A stretch of 37,091 nucleotides of DNA from a virus (taxonomy: Duplodnaviria > Caudoviricetes). Where the stretch lies: positions 1-37,091 of IMG/VR virus record IMGVR_UViG_3300020044_007975. One strand, 5' to 3'. Shown in pieces: positions 36,632-37,091 of this stretch. The position numbers and the translations under genes are program-made. Every line of letters begins with the position of its first letter. Position 1 is the stretch's first letter. The notes beneath the pieces are model-generated. The model worked only from the letters and a program-made list of their open reading frames with translations, did no database searches and had not been told where the DNA came from.

Positions 36632-36876
36632 TGGGAATGATTAATAAAAGAATTAAAATTATTGCAGCGATAATTTATGTTGTTGTTGCAATTGTAACAT
36701 TCGGCGATTCTGCCGTATTTTTTGAGAAACGAGGCATTGCGGAAGTTGAATATTGTCGCGCTAACGCCGTTAATCCGATGTGGTGTGATTTAAAAAAGTC
36801 GATGGGTTTTGCCGCATTAGCATCAACTGTTGCTTGGCCTTTTTACTGGTCATACAGGTTTGCATACGACGGATAA
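36574..36876 (+). CDS. Cassette-borne two-TM membrane protein
   Basis: Two hydrophobic helices, WPFYWSY; start in attC loop or at internal MINK. Confidence 0.7.
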   Translation: MTTIKQDNASSAPVERRVRLGMINKRIKIIAAIIYVVVAIVTFGDSAVFFEKRGIAEVEYCRANAVNPMWCDLKKSMGFAALASTVAWPFYWSYRFAYDG

Positions 36877-36959
36877 CGCAGAGCTAACCGGGCGCGGCCA
36901 GGAAAGCTAAACAATGAAACCGTACTATAACCGCGCTCCGGTTGAGCGCACTGTTAGGC
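36871..36959 (-). mobile_element. attC: attC-like site
   Basis: + strand GGATAAC-GCAGA-GCTAACCGGGCGCGG...CCGCGCTCCGGTTGAGC-GCACT-GTTAGGC. Confidence 0.9.
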
Positions 36960-36973
36960 ATAGTTTTAAAAAG

Positions 36974-37091
36974 CAACATATCATCTAGCGGCCTAGGAAT
37001 ACTGTTTACTGGGAAATGCGGATTAAGCAACCGCCGTAGTCGTCTAAAGCCTAGGGCACCCGACCACAGAAACGCAGGTTCGAATCCTGCT
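36974..37091 (+). ncRNA. tRNA-like RNA with about 60-nt insert replacing the anticodon loop (3'-truncated)
   Basis: D-arm-like ATCTAGCGGCCTAGGA, CTGT/ACAG stem, perfect T-arm GCAGG-TTCGAAT-CCTGC. Confidence 0.7.

Noticed and set aside
35288-36959. CRISPR array or REP elements
   Set aside because: Repeats are long, divergent palindromes separated by gene-sized ORFs; no cas genes; the attC architecture fits better.
1-37091. Genome-wide stop-codon reassignment
   Set aside because: TGA and TAG end genes at sensible positions (many ATGA overlaps; ref ends in TAG); only two isolated internal stops, of different types.

Overview
Most of a tailed dsDNA phage or prophage genome of podovirus (P22-like) architecture, probably infecting a proteobacterium. 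The + strand carries nin-like genes (Ref, NinB, DNA methylase, DUF1064; 1-5.1 kb), terS-terL-portal-head genes, tail adaptor/nozzle, four ejection proteins, tail fibre, GH19 endolysin and a variable small-gene region (to 30.5 kb). A leftward early operon (ERF, SSB-like; 30.5-34.8 kb) and a rightward operon starting with an HTH regulator diverge from about 34.8 kb. No integrase, IntI, ParA/B or replication initiator is visible. Most notable: (1) seven full and two partial integron attC-like sites form two cassette arrays; their polarity is inverted relative to canonical cassettes, so each site acts as the 5' leader (RBS/start) of the downstream gene. (2) A 216-nt structured RNA reproduces the 23S rRNA L11-binding (H43/H44) domain, with a 130-nt insertion. 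(3) A tRNA-like RNA has its anticodon loop replaced by what looks like a second, permuted tRNA body. (4) terL has an in-frame TGA within its Walker A motif. (5) There is also an orphan parS site, several families of gene-junction repeats, three hairpins with identical loops ahead of the capsid gene, and a roughly 570-nt structured ORF-free region. All family assignments are by motif recognition from memory, with no database search.
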